Source: Hormiphora californensis (lineage: Eukaryota > Animalia > Ctenophora). From it: a stretch of DNA of 64,000 nucleotides. Below, in pieces: positions 11,118 to 24,299 of the stretch. Positions within the stretch are counted from its first letter, which is position 1. Every line of letters starts with the position of its first letter. Below the pieces are notes generated by a model. That model did no database searches. It saw only the letters and a program-made list of their open reading frames with translations, and was not told where the DNA came from. The stretch spans positions 7,130,001 to 7,194,000 of the forward strand of contig CM035355.1 of assembly GCA_020137815.1 (NCBI GenBank), read 5' to 3'. The position numbers and the translations under genes are program-made.

Positions 11118-14100
11118 ATGTCTGACAAGGAGGGTACTACCTCTCCTATGAAGAAACCTCAAAAGAGCCCTATGAAAACACGCAGACAGACAACGGAACC
11201 AGCATACGTAAGTATTGATTGATTAATTGATTATCTTTGAAGTAATCAGTAATCAAATCTTAACAGCAATTTTTCCTGCTACAGATAGTTGAAGGCGTTG
11301 AGAAGAACCCAATAGAAGATCAGTTCACTACGGAATTTACCGATGAACCTGTGGTAAGTTTCCCTCTTTCAAAATTTCTCCCCTGTGACCTGTCCTTCAA
11401 AATATCATCTAATCAAATTGTTTTTCCCCAGATCCCTGCAATAAAAGTTCGGCCGGTTGTTTCACTACACAAATCCAAGGAAAACCAAGAGAAGTTTAGT
11501 GACTATTACAAAGACCACAGTGAGAGTATTCAAGAAACTATCGAGGAATACAACTCAGAGTCGCGGCCTCTAAACCCCTCAGAAGTTTCCTACAAATCCC
11601 TGGAATATGAGGTTGAAACGGACGATGTGCAGGAAGAAGTGGAAGTAGTAGAAGTTCCTCTAAAAAGAAAGCGAGGACGTCCCAGGAAGAGTGAACAAAG
11701 GAAACCCAAGGCCAAGGAGCATAAGCTGGTTGCTAAAAGAACGGCAAATGGTTTGGTATCAACAACTAGATTGTCACGTCACGAGATCGAGAAGTACCAG
11801 AACATCCTACTGCTGGAAGAGGAACCAGAGATTGTTGATCCTCCTGAAATCTTCACCCCTCCCTTTGCATTTGTCTGCTCAAAGTGTCCTAGTGTGTTCG
11901 TGACTGAGGAGTTGCTGGAGGAACACATGTACAACATGGTAAAATCAATTGATTTTGAATTTGAGACTCATCGGTCAATTCAACGTTCTGAGTCGGATAT
12001 TGGTGAGTTTGAGAGGGTGTGCAGTTACTGCAGTCAGATCTGTACCAACGGGGAAATGCTAATGAATCATCAGGCGTTCCAGTGCCCCGAGTTCGAATAC
12101 CTCAAAGACAAGGATGGAGTGTTTTCCCATGATCACCAGAGTACACGTTGTAGCAAGTGTAAGGAGGTTTTCCCCAGTAAGGACGCTCTGGCTGCCCACA
12201 ACTTTCTCATGGAAATATCGACCGCATTCGATGAAAGCCATTGGTATAGCCAGAAGAGTGATATCGCTGATATGTTCTGGTGTAGCATTTGCAAAAAGGC
12301 CTTCCCAAGTCGTGACATGTTCATCAGTCATCAGATGAAACAGTGCCTCAAGGAGAAACTGACTGAACAGGCACGGAGCTCCAAACTGGACTGGTACTAC
12401 CACGGTACAAACACCCTCGCTAACGTTAACCGACCCTTTTGCTGGGACTGCCTAGCAGACTTTCCCAACGATAAAGCATTCAGTCGTCATCTGATGACAA
12501 TTGAAACATCGAAAGATTTCGATAATAACACCCATGGGTATAGAGAGAGGGGCAGAACAGCGATCAATTGTAGTTACTGCACCTTCACCACTGGAAATGA
12601 AGAGTGGGATCTTACCCAACACCAGATGTACTCATGTAAGCCTCTGCTGACAGAGAAACTTGATTTGAAGCCCATCCCTTCCACCCCTTACCTTTGTGGT
12701 GTGTGTCTGAAAAAGTATAAATCCGCTGCCGCTCTGGAAAAACATATCTGGCTAACCAAAAACTCGGACAGTTACAACACCAAACATCGGTACGTGGGGG
12801 CACCTTACGAGTGTAACTCGTGCGAACTGGACTTCTGCGATCGACCCCGGCTAACCAATCACCTGGTTGAAGTCCATGATGAGACAATATTGAAGGAGCA
12901 AGATGGTGCTGTGGGAATTGTTCACGTTGGAGGGTTAAAGAGATCAACTCGGAATAGGAGCAAGCGTCTAAAGAGCCCTGTCAAAGATGTTACCGAGTCC
13001 GAGGAGGACAATATGGATGTGGACTACGTTCCAACTTTACGTGACACAGACGAGTCGGACAGTGCACCAGTGCAAGTGTATGAAAAAGAGCCCGAGAGAA
13101 AGAAAGGAGGAAGAAAATCAGAAGGAAGAAGGAAATCAGAAGTAAAACAGCAAGAAAAGAAGGAAGAAAGGCTCCGATCATGCCAAGTTGTCAACATGGA
13201 CGATCCGACACTGATTCACACTACTGAAGAGGATGAGTACGAGAGTTACCTGTGCCAAACCTGTGACTTAGCGTGCGTTGATGCTGAGAGCATCCACGAC
13301 CATCACTCCTTGATGAGAGAATCTCGAGATTGGGATGATAAACACATGTACGTTCCTTACTGTGAAAATTGGGCAGGAGATTTCCGGTGCAGTTACTGTG
13401 CAGTGAGGTTTGAGCGGTCAATTGATCTCCATCAACACCAAATACCCCGCTGTCCTGGCATGAACGCCATTGTGGTTCAAGCTGGACCAAAACGGCTTAG
13501 GGCTCCTAAAATTGAGATCCAGTTTTCTGACTTCTATGCATCGATAAGAAGTGCCAAGGATTCATACAAGGGTAAACGTGGGTCAGATATAATCCATTGC
13601 ACCATTTGTGAAGTCAAGTTTTCCAGCAATTCCAAAGCTCTCTATCGACATCTTGATCTTATGAAGGAATCTGATGATTTCAACACCAAGCACGTTTATG
13701 TCGGGCATCTCGGGGCTTTTGAGTGTTCCTACTGTAACAGAAACTGGCCACTCCGAAAGGATCTGGAGGCTCATCAAGTATCGAAGTGCGAGCACTTTAG
13801 TCTATCCGTTCCAGTCCCCGACAAGAACGCTGTTCCCGCTGTGGAAGGAGTTACAACAGAACATACCCTAGTTGAGGCGATTGTCGTGGGCACAGGGATT
13901 ATGAAGAAGGAAATCGTAGAAGCGGACAAAGACGGAGAAAAAGAGTCCGATGAAACTGGTATCGAGGACAAGGAGAACCAACTAAAAACTGCTGAAAATA
14001 CCGGGGAAGATACGGTAAAAGCCAGTGAGGACACAGGTGAAGACAATGTGAAGACAGAAAAGACGGTTATGATCGAGATAGTAACGGATACAGAACCTAC

Positions 14101-16858
14101 AATTACTGGCGTAGATACCTCCCCTTCTGAGGACAACAAAGACAAGCCAACGTGTGCTATCTGTTTCCTTAAATTCAACTCAATGGACTTCTTGGAGCGT
14201 CACCAGATTCTAATGACAGAATCCATTGATTTCAATGCAAGGCATGTCTCGGTTAGCGGTACCTTCAAGTGTTCCTACTGTTACACAACTTGTGAATCTG
14301 ACATGGACCTGATGAAACATCAGTACGGCTGGTGTGATGTGTACGTTCCCAGCACACCAAATGAACTTCCCGGAAAGGGGACCCGTTACGATCCATCTGG
14401 AGAATATCCGGGGTAACATGGAAAAAGAAAACTGGAGGATGGAGTTCTATAAGAACACGATCACTGAACAAGTCAGCTGTAAGGTGTGCTCAAAGATATT
14501 CAAAGGTCAGCTCCAGTTGAACAAACACATGGTGATCATGCAATCCTCCCCTGAGTTCTGTGAGAAAAAGCACAACTATATCGGCCAAATAGTGGAGGGG
14601 AAAATACCAGTGTTCAGGGTGTGAGGTGCGTGTCCAGGGCCCTGCACAAATGGAACAACACCAACGGACGGCGTGCCTGAAGAAACAGGCTGACGCTGCA
14701 GTTTGTGGACATTGCAACAAGAAATTCCCCGAGTTTGTTTGAGCTGGGCAGGCATCTGTACTGGATGCAAAGTTCAATTTGCTTTAGAGGTTCTGACCAC
14801 AACACCTGTGTCATAGATGGACCCTGTCTTTACTGTGGAAAGATGCTACCAGAGGACAAGCTGGAGGAGCACCACTTTGCTGAGTGCTGGAGGAGCAGAG
14901 TGAGCCCCATTGTCCGTGGGCTGAAATCCTCCCTTGATGTCCAGGGTGGTGGTCCTCAGAAGAAGTTGGAGCTGCATTGCTACCACTGTGGCCTGTACCT
15001 CAACACTCCCGCCAAGAGGCTCCGTCACCAGGCCACAATGGCACTATCAGTCGACTTTGACGAGTATCACAACCCTACCATGGGGGTACTCCTATCCAAC
15101 GGACGTTTCAGGTGCTCCTACTGTGGGAAATCAAAACGATCTAAATGGAGTCTTGAGGAACACCAACGGAAGATGCTGTGCAAGAAGTTCCATCCAGTCT
15201 GGCCTGCGACGATCGAGGACGTATGGGCGTTATGCAAACAACAACCCACTATGTTGTTGGAGAGTGACAGTGAGAATTCGAGTGGGCCTGAGGATAGGAC
15301 TGTGAAAGATGATGAGTGGAAGGAGGTTGAGGCTGGGGCTAAGAAAAAGAGCACAAAACCTGCACCCCGGCGAAGAAATAGGAAAAAGACTAAAGTGGAG
15401 AAGTTCAACATGCATTGCAAATTATGCTTCCGAAAGACCACCGGATTTGAAGTTGATTTGGGAAAGTTTGCAACGGAGTTGATGCATCTGGCCATGATGA
15501 CGTATTCCGTTGACTTTACTTCGGACACTCATGAATACGTTGGCGAGATTATACCACAGTCCAAGCTAAAGGATGGAGATAAGTCGGTGAACCTAGCAGC
15601 AAGGTATCAGTGTAGTTATTGTGGCACTGTTTTCTCATCTCTCACCGGTCTGGAGCTTCACCAGTTCAGGAAATGCTTGAATACCAACATCTTTGTGGAG
15701 GTTCAGAAAACTCAGAAATTCGAGTTTGTGGATTTCCGAGGCCTAAATTTTAGGTTTACGCAAGGTTTAAAAATCCAGAACTACTCCTGCCAGCAATGTG
15801 GTCAATCTCGAAAACTCCGCTCAGACCCGATTCTTCGACAGCGGCACTACCTTATCTGCAATCAATCCAACGACTTCGACTCTAAGACTCACTTGTACAT
15901 AAGGAAAGAGGGAACATCCGGATACACCTGTAGTTATTGTATGACATGGTACCACGATCAGGCTGCTCTTGAAGAACATCAATTCAACACGTGCGATACA
16001 TTCCAAGTAGATCTCTTCCCTGCGTGGGAGCTAATCCAGACATGCATGCTGACAGCAATTGACATGGCTGAGGGGCAGGAAGACGTGAAGGAGGATAAAA
16101 ATGGTAATGTGATAAAAAGTCACAGGTGCTCCACGTGCAGGGCAAGTTTCGGCCTCGCCAAAACTCTGGCTGGCCATCTTCTCCTGATGAACAAATCCTG
16201 GGACTTCAACGAAGTCACCCACAGGACTTACGACGAGTCATTCGATGGAGCCTTCTACAGGTGTTCATACTGCCAACGCAAATACAAGAGTCAGGCGGAG
16301 TTAGCTACACATCAGACTCATTTGTGCAGGAATTTCTCGCCCTACGCAACCTCCACTATTGAGGATATCGACAAAGATTTTGGTGAGCATGAGACCAGCT
16401 CAATGGGTGACAGTGATGGAGCAGCGTACATCGAAGAGGAAGAAGATAGTGAGTACTACAGTGATAGCGGTGAGGAGAGGGTTAAAGAAGAGTATTACAC
16501 CGAGGAAGAGGAGGAAGGATACTACGAAGAAGAAGAGGAGGAGGATACTGTTGTGAGCCCTGTACCAAAGGGAGAGGATCCAAAAGAAGCGAAGTCGATC
16601 TGAAAATGAGATGGAAGCAGGAGAGCCGCCGGTTAAGAAACATCTCCAGGAAGTTTCACCCATGAAGAATGTTGTAGCCTCTACTAAGATGGAGGAACAG
16701 GAGGAGGTGGATGGTGATCTTCCTGAATTTGAACTGGGCGAAGAGGTTGCTGAGGTTGGGAAGGAGATTGCTGGTGCTGTGGTCGAGGAAGGAGGATGTT
16801 AGTGCTCCCCTTGCTCCCGTAACTGACAATATTGTTATAAGAGGAGGCAGAAATCTAG
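11118..16858 (+). CDS. Large zinc-finger protein (AT-hook plus 13 double-finger modules), ~1,800 aa after correcting apparent +1 indels
   Basis: Exons 11118-11207, 11285-11353 and 11432-~16858 with GT-AG. KRKRGRPRKS AT-hook; repeated CxxC..H..SxDF..H..CSYC..HQxxxC. ORFs 11351-14416, 14334-14624, an unlisted frame and 14705-16603 join through +1 shifts, and the C-terminus aligns with the paralog. Confidence 0.85.
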
Positions 16859-17344
16859 ATGGGAGGACAGATATTTATTGACAGATTATTTATCAAAAGA
16901 TAATGGGAGATAATATAATTCTTTCGGCCCATAGGTTTTTAAGTGTGTTTGTGCAAGTGTGTTTGGGAGATACATTTATCCAGTGCAACCTCTTCCACAT
17001 TTTATTATTACTAATTCTGATAAACATATCCACTGTGTTTTGATAATCGTATTACCTACCTCTGATCCCATCTTCTCCTAACTACCTTAGTTCCTAACTC
17101 CTGTCTATCGCCCTCCGGTGCAATTGCAGATCAGCCTGTACCCTCTAACCCCTCTCGGCTATCAGGGAGAATTTCCCTCGAACCTCTCCCTATAACTTCT
17201 CTTCCTCTAACCCCTCTCCCTCTAACATCTCTCCCCCTCTGGCCTCTAACAACCACTCTTCCTATCTAACTACCACACTTTTTAAATAGCGAAGTCCCCT
17301 GCGGACTTTAGGAGGAGGAGGAAGAGGCCGAGGTGCGGCAGAAC

Positions 17345-19102
17345 ATGGCAGCAAACAAAAAAGAGTATTCAAGGAGCAGCCGAGTCATCCATGAATATGA
17401 TGAGGAATACGAAGAAGAAGACGCTGCTAAGACATGGGCACCGACTAAGTCGATTCTGCGGAGAGATAGGATGAAGACTGAAGAAGAAAAGTACAACATG
17501 CATTGCAAATTATGCTTCCGAAAGACAACCGGATTTGAAGTTGATTTGGGAAAGTTTGCAACGGATTTGATGCATCTGGCCATGATGACGTATTCCGTTG
17601 ACTTCGCTTCAGACACTCACGAATACATCGGCGAAGTTATCACACAGACTAAGAAAAAGGATGGATTTGATAAATCTTTTTCAAGGTATCAGTGTAATTA
17701 TTGTGGTGTCATGTTAGCAAATCCAACTGCTCTGGAACGACACCAATTCAGGAAATGCCTCAAGTTCAATATCTACCTAGAAGTTAAGAAAACCAAAATG
17801 ATGGAGTTTGTGGATTTCCGAGGCCTAGAGTTTAGATTCACTCCCAGACGGAAAGTCCAGCACCAAACCTGTAAAGTATGTGGCCAAATTCGAAAACTTC
17901 GCTCAGATCCGATCCTTCGACAGCGGCACTATCTTATCTGCAATCAATCCACCGACTTCGACTCCATTACTCACTTGTACATAAGGAAAGAGGGCACAAC
18001 CGGATACACTTGTAGTTACTGTATGTCATGGTACCACGATCAGGCCGCTCTTGAAGAGCACCAGTTTAACACGTGCGCTGAATTTCATATCGACCTTCTA
18101 CCTGCCTGGGAGCTAATTGAAACGTGCATGCTGACAGCAATTGACATGGCTGAGGGACTTGACGATGTAAAAGAAGATGACAATGGAGATGTGATAGAAA
18201 GTCACACGTGCACAACATGTGGTGCAAGTTTCTGCCTGGCTAAGAATCTGGCTGGACATCTTCTCCTGATGAACAAATCCTGGGACTTCAACGAGGTCGA
18301 CCACAGGGCTTACGATGAGTCATTCGATGGAGTCTTTTACAGGTGTTCATACTGCCAACGAAAGTACAGGAGTCAGGCGGAGTTAGCTACACATCAGACT
18401 CATTTGTGCAGGAATTTCTCGCCCTACACAACATCCACTATTGAGGATATCGACTTATTCGACAGGGTTGATACACCCTCCGATAGTGATGGGCACATTG
18501 AGAAAGAGGAACTGGAGGGGAGTGACAATTACAGTGAGAGGGATGAGGAGAGAGTACCGGATGAAGTTGTCGATGATGCTGAGAAAATAGATCTGAAGAA
18601 GAGGAAACAAAAGAAGCGGACCCTATCTGAAAATGAGAAGGAAGCAGGAGAGCCACCGGTTAAAAAACAACTACAAGAAGTTTCCCCAATGAAGAAAGTT
18701 GACAGAATTAAGGACAAGGTAGAGGATGATCTCCCTGAATCTGAAACTACAGAGAAGGATACTGGGGCTGTGGTTGAAACTGGGAAGGTGGGTTCTGATT
18801 CTAAAACTGGAAAGGTGGGTTCTGATTCTAACACTGGAAAGGTGGGTTCTGATTCTAAAACTGGAAAGGAGGGTACTGATTCTAAAACTGGAAAGGTGGG
18901 TTCTGATTCTAACACTGGAAAGGTGGGTTCTGATTCTAAAACTGGAAAGGTGGGTTCTGATTCTAACACTGGAAAGGAGGGTTCTGATTCTAACACTGAA
19001 AAGGTGGGTTCTGGAAAGGAGGGTACTTTGGTAAAAGAGGAGGAGGCTACTGGTGCTCCCCTTGCTCCCTCAACTGACGCTATTGTGACAGAGGAGGTCT
19101 GA
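17345..19102 (+). CDS. Zinc-finger paralog: tandem duplicate of the last three modules and C-terminus of the upstream gene
   Basis: ORF 17333-19102; NMHCKLCFRKTTGFEVDLGKFAT..CRNFSPY..STIEDID nearly identical to the upstream gene; first ATG at 17345 (MAANKK). Confidence 0.88.
   Translation: MAANKKEYSRSSRVIHEYDEEYEEEDAAKTWAPTKSILRRDRMKTEEEKYNMHCKLCFRKTTGFEVDLGKFATDLMHLAMMTYSVDFASDTHEYIGEVITQTKKKDGFDKSFSRYQCNYCGVMLANPTALERHQFRKCLKFNIYLEVKKTKMMEFVDFRGLEFRFTPRRKVQHQTCKVCGQIRKLRSDPILRQRHYLICNQSTDFDSITHLYIRKEGTTGYTCSYCMSWYHDQAALEEHQFNTCAEFHIDLLPAWELIETCMLTAIDMAEGLDDVKEDDNGDVIESHTCTTCGASFCLAKNLAGHLLLMNKSWDFNEVDHRAYDESFDGVFYRCSYCQRKYRSQAELATHQTHLCRNFSPYTTSTIEDIDLFDRVDTPSDSDGHIEKEELEGSDNYSERDEERVPDEVVDDAEKIDLKKRKQKKRTLSENEKEAGEPPVKKQLQEVSPMKKVDRIKDKVEDDLPESETTEKDTGAVVETGKVGSDSKTGKVGSDSNTGKVGSDSKTGKEGTDSKTGKVGSDSNTGKVGSDSKTGKVGSDSNTGKEGSDSNTEKVGSGKEGTLVKEEEATGAPLAPSTDAIVTEEV
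18778..19030 (+). repeat. Coding 27-bp minisatellite (TGKVGSDSK/N repeats)
   Basis: About nine ACTGGAAAGGTGGGTTCTGATTCTAAA/C units in frame. Confidence 0.92.
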
Positions 19103-19436
19103 AACTAGTGATATTGCCAGATATGTTTATAACAAGGGAAATATTATGTTTTGTTCAATTGCCCCACATGTTTCTATCTGTGCGTGTATTTGTGAGTGTT
19201 TTAGTCATACATTTCAAAGTTTATCAAGTGTTAATTATTACTAATTCTGATAAAGTATCCACCGTGTTTTAATATTTATCCTACCTACACTACCTAGCTC
19301 CTATCTTCTCCCCATCGCCACTGTCTCTGATTAGAACATATCTCCGCTATATAGACCCCCCTCTCTAAAACCCCTCCCCTGTCTCTATCGCCCTCCTCTC
19401 CAACCCCTCTACTTGATCGGTAACCCATATTCTTAA

Positions 19437-21417
19437 GGCAGGTGCACAGTTGCTCGACAGTCTATTTCTGGCTGCTATTTCTGGCTGCTATTTCTGGCTG
19501 CTATTTCTGGCTGCTATTTCTGGCTGCTAGACCTATTTCTGGCTGCTAGACCTATTTCTGGCTGCTAGACCTATTTCTGGCTGCAAGCAGCCAGAAATAG
19601 ATTTAGCAGCCAGAAATAGATTTTAGCAGCCAGAAATAGGGTCTAGCAGCCAGAAATAGGGTTTCTCTCACGTGATCTCTCTATCTCTGTATGGGATACG
19701 AGAGACGAATCGGTGAAGTAATTCGGTATCTGCAACTAATTGGGTATGGGATACGGGAAACGAATCGGTGAAGTGATTCGGTATCTGCAACTAATTGGGT
19801 ATGGGATACGAGAGGCACCTCTTTTGTTTTACCGGTCCCCTAGCTCCAAACTTGAAATTCAAGACATCGAATATATGTTATCACACCCATTGCGTCAAAT
19901 CACCGATAAACTGATCTCATATCTTGGTTACGAAGTCACCCCTATTATTGCATATAGGGGTGACAATACCGCCTACCTAAAAATGCAAATTTACAGGACC
20001 TTCTCATGAAAAGTTATCGAAAACTTGTCTAAAACCTATTTAAAACGTATGGTACTAGTTTGTATAGTAACCAGGACCTGAATTCTACAGAAAGTAACGA
20101 CCGGTAGCGATTCCACCACATGTTTAACAACAGAGGTGTGTCGCATAACTCCTTATATGGGCATAAAATTCCAATCTTGTGGAATTTATTCTGACTCGAC
20201 TATAGCTTAGTTATCAATGAATCCACCTCTAATACCTTTGGAATGGCATTTTGCACATTTCTGAAGCTTTTTGTAGCCAAATTCCAGCATCTTCATAGTT
20301 TTCCAAAAACAAAAACAGTGTTAATGGCCAAAATATCGAAAAATTCCGGTATGTAATGGTAGCTCAGACAATTTCCTCGGTATGTTCAAAAAATTAGAAC
20401 TTTCTGTTTTGTAGTTTGGACACAGGAATTTTTTTCCCGCCGTACAAGCGATATTATTACCCCTCCGTGAGCTAGCGCAGAGGGGGAATTTCATTACCAA
20501 TCTCATATCACGCTGTGTAACATGTCAGGATAGGATAACCGATAAACAGATCTCTTATCGTGTAACTTTTCATGCCTCGTGTCACAAACAAGGTGGATGG
20601 GACCCATTATGACAATCCATTATAAAAGGCCAAAATTTTGACGTCAAGGCATCGCAATCAATTATGCCTCTGTTACGAAGCCGCCACCGGACAGCTCCTA
20701 TACCAGACTATACCTTCTCTCCCTTCTCTCCCACGAAACGACAAAACCACGAACACTCCTTGGTCGGGGACAACATCGAGGAGGAGGCTCGACATTTGCT
20801 CCCTCTGTATGGAGGGAAGACACCAGCTTCAGGCCTGCCCTCTGAACAGGCCCAAATCTCCGCTCCGAGTCCTGCGGCGTTTCAACCTGTGTGCCTGCCG
20901 GGAGGTATCGAGGACCGTAAACCTGGATGATGGATCTGAATACGCACATCGAGAGGACCATAGTTGACCAGTTCCTATGCGACCACCATCTTCCTCGCCA
21001 ACACGTCCAGCAGCAGCACCCGACTGAGGACTACACCATACTCGATCTGCAACTAATTCGGCAGGTCCCGTATCCCATACCCAATAAGTTGCAGATACCG
21101 AATCATTTCACCGATTCGTCTCCCGTATCCCATATCCAATTAGTTGCAGATACCGAATTACTTCACCGATTCGTCTATCGTATCCCATACAGAGATAGAG
21201 AGATCACGTGAGAGAAACCCTATTTCTGGCTGCTAAAATCTATTTCTGGCTGCTAGACCCTATTTCTGGCTGCTAAAATCTATTTCTGGCTGCTAGACCT
21301 ATTTCTGGGTGCTTGCAGCCAGAAATAGGTCTAGCAGCCAGAAATAGGTCTAGCAGCCAGAAATAGCAGCCAGAAATAGCAGCCAGAAATAGACTGTCGA
21401 GCAACTGTGCACCTGCC
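19437..21417. mobile_element. Mutator/foldback-like non-autonomous element with long modular TIRs and 9-bp TSD
   Basis: TATTCTTAA|GGCAGGTGCACAGTTGCTCGACAG...CTGTCGAGCAACTGTGCACCTGCC|TATTCTTAA; ~350-bp TIRs built partly from CTATTTCTGGCTGCT subrepeats; internal CSLCMEGRHQLQAC zinc knuckle. Confidence 0.88.
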
Positions 21418-21564
21418 TATTCTTAACCCCTCCTGCCAACTCTGTCTCTATCCCCTCTTCTCCAATCCCTATCCTTGACCCCGATCTCAACCCCCATCCT
21501 AACTCCCCAATCCCTATTCCCTATCATCAACTTCTATCATCACTCTCCCTATCTCTATAGTACG

Positions 21565-24299
21565 ATGGCAGCGAACAAGAAACTACTCTATGTTGGAGGC
21601 CTGGCTGAGGAATGTAACGAAAAGGTCCTTCACTCTGCATTTGTTGTTTTTGGTGATATTGTGGATGTAAATGTGCCCATTGACTACGCCACCAACGCCC
21701 ACAGGGGATTCGGGTAAGTGGCGGGGACATGGGCGTTATACATTTGTTTTGCAAAAAAACCCTTTTTATATTACTCGGAAGTCGGAAATCGAATATAATA
21801 CTCCCTGGCCCCCGATATATATTGATTCAATAGTTCTATTCTGAAACTGCTCCAAACGTGTTGTTTACCCAGGTGTCGTTTAGGTTTGTTGAGTTTGAAG
21901 CGGCAGAAGATGCAGCGGCAGCAATGGACAACATGAATGAGAGTGAAATATTTGGGAGGACGATCCGAGTGAACATTGCCAAACCAATGAAAATGACAGA
22001 ACGGTGAGATAGTTTCACAATTCCAACTCATCATATTTTCTTTTTTTGAAGTTCATTGTTGCAGTACCTGACAAGGGAGACTTATTTGTAATGCATGTTC
22101 ACATGGGTGATGTGTTTGCACAGGTTTGAGTTCCATGGGTATCAAGGTACCTAGCCTGCAGAGAGAGGTGTGAGGCCCCAACCCCTCTCATGGGTATCAA
22201 GGTACCTGCAGAGAGCGCGGGAGTTTGGTCCCCCTCAGCATGGATTGATGCTGTGTTTCTGTGCGCGCACACGGTCGGACCCATATTGTTAGCATTTGAA
22301 AACGGCGCCACATGGTATACGCAATGTCAGAATTGTTCCCCAGGACGCGGTAATTGTGGGGGTCCCCGGTCCACTGTCTAGGGAAGTGGGACGCAGAACT
22401 GTACTGGTTTAATTTTCAATTCAATTTAATATCCGTCTTAATTCGGCACCTGCCGTACCGGTGTTGTCCCTGTCATGTACCGTCGTATACAGGAAGCCTT
22501 ACACAGAGAGTCTGCGTTCACATTGACACACAGGAAAAAGCGTTTATTTTCGTTCTCGCATTTGCTGTGTTGTCCGTTTTCCTTGTGTTTGACTCAATAT
22601 GGGGTGCTGTGGAAGCAAGTTAGTGTCCATTAGAGCACCTTTTTTAACCACCATATTTTGACAATATGATGGTTAAAACCTCTGCATATTGCACCAGCCC
22701 AGTAACCCCTTTCCCTAACACAAACTGACGTCTGACCCTCCAGCCCGCTAATCTCTCTCCCCAGCCCCCCTATATCCCACTTACAACCACTCCCCTGACA
22801 TCCCTCTAAACCCCTCTGGCTCTTCACAACCCCCATCTACTCCCACTAACCCCTCTCTCCTCCCCCGCAGATCAATGAAGGCTGTGTGGAGCCAGGACAC
22901 ATGGATACAGGAACACCAGAAGGAAGAAGTGCCCAAGGAAGCAGAGGAGGAGGTAGTGGATAGCAACAAAACAGAGTCAGCCAACGCTAACAAATCTAGA
23001 CCTCAGGTATTGGACATCGCTGTGTTTAGTGTGCGAGATCGAGTCTGTGATACTTCCATTCCCCATTAAAATATAGTTACTTTGTTACTCTAGTACCTTC
23101 ACAACTAACAACATTTCACTAACTAACTCCCACTGTACCAACAACATTTCCTTGTTTACGAAATAACCCCTCTAAAGAGGTCGCGTTGGCAAGGGGTAAC
23201 TTCGTAACCAAAACATTTCCATCCCTTCAGGTATACTTCACGATCAATATAGCGAACAAGCAGGTCGGTAAAGTTATTATTGAGTTACGGGCTGACATCG
23301 TACCTATGACTTGTGCCAACTTCCTTCAGCTCTGTACTCACGAGAAAGGGTATGTTCTAAAAACAGGAAAAGATAAGTTGTTATCTCTCTTGTTTGTTTA
23401 TGACAAACAAAACCCCCATGTGGTATTGTCCTATATTTCTCTAGAAACTTTTCTTTCTCCAAAATCAACATCCCCCCAAGCATAACACTATTTTCAACTT
23501 TTCCAGGTTTGGATTCCGTGGCTCAAAGTTCCATCGGGTAATCCCTGGGTTCATGTGCCAGGGTGGCGACTTCACCAACCACAATGGCACTGGTGGGAAG
23601 AGCATCTTCGGGAAGAAGTTCCAGGATGAAAACTTTGTTCTCAAACATACAGGACCTGGGATCATGTCCATGGCCAACTCAGGTAGGATAGAGAGAGGTA
23701 TTGTTCTTATTACCATTATTGATCAGTATTGATGTTTTTGAAGATAATGAACTCTGTAAATTTGTTAAAGAGGCCGATAAACAATATTTTTCTTGTTATC
23801 TAAAGTAAGTCATCATGTAAATAATCCCCTTTTCTCCTCTCTAGGACCGAACACAAACGGAAGTCAGTTCTTTATCTGTACTGAGAAAACGGAATGGCTG
23901 GATGGAAAACACGTTGTTTTCGGAGAGGTCAGTATTATTAGTAGTACTAGTATATTTTACCTAATATATTATAGGTGTCTTATCAGTGTCCTAGAAGAAT
24001 CTAGGTTTTTATTGTAACTTCTCTGTTCAAGAGAGCTAGCCGCTAGGGTTATAAACAATCTTAATTCCATTTTGAGTCGAGGCTCTTTACTTTTTTTTGT
24101 GCCTTAAAATGGGAATGCAATGCTCACCTATTCCTTCCCCATTCCTCCAAATATGTTATCCAGTTCCCCTAACCTATTCCCCCCCTTCCACTAGGTGATC
24201 GGTGGTATGGATGTAGTGAGACAAATGGAGGCGTGTGGTACCCGTGATGGCCGACCCACCAAACCTGTGGAGATTATTGACTGTGGGGAGTGCAGCTAG
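21565..24299 (+). CDS. PPIE: Peptidyl-prolyl isomerase E (Cyp33): RRM plus cyclophilin
   Basis: [40 protein letters not shown]; [24 protein letters not shown]; [33 protein letters not shown]; [29 protein letters not shown]; GT-AG introns. Confidence 0.96.

Noticed and set aside
14360-14740. Programmed ribosomal frameshifting in the zinc-finger gene
   Set aside because: Shifts fall in short homopolymers and the same +1 pattern hits UFM1 and others; sequencing error is more parsimonious
19460-19820. Short direct repeats superficially like a CRISPR array
   Set aside because: No unique spacers; they are subrepeats of a transposon TIR in a eukaryotic genome
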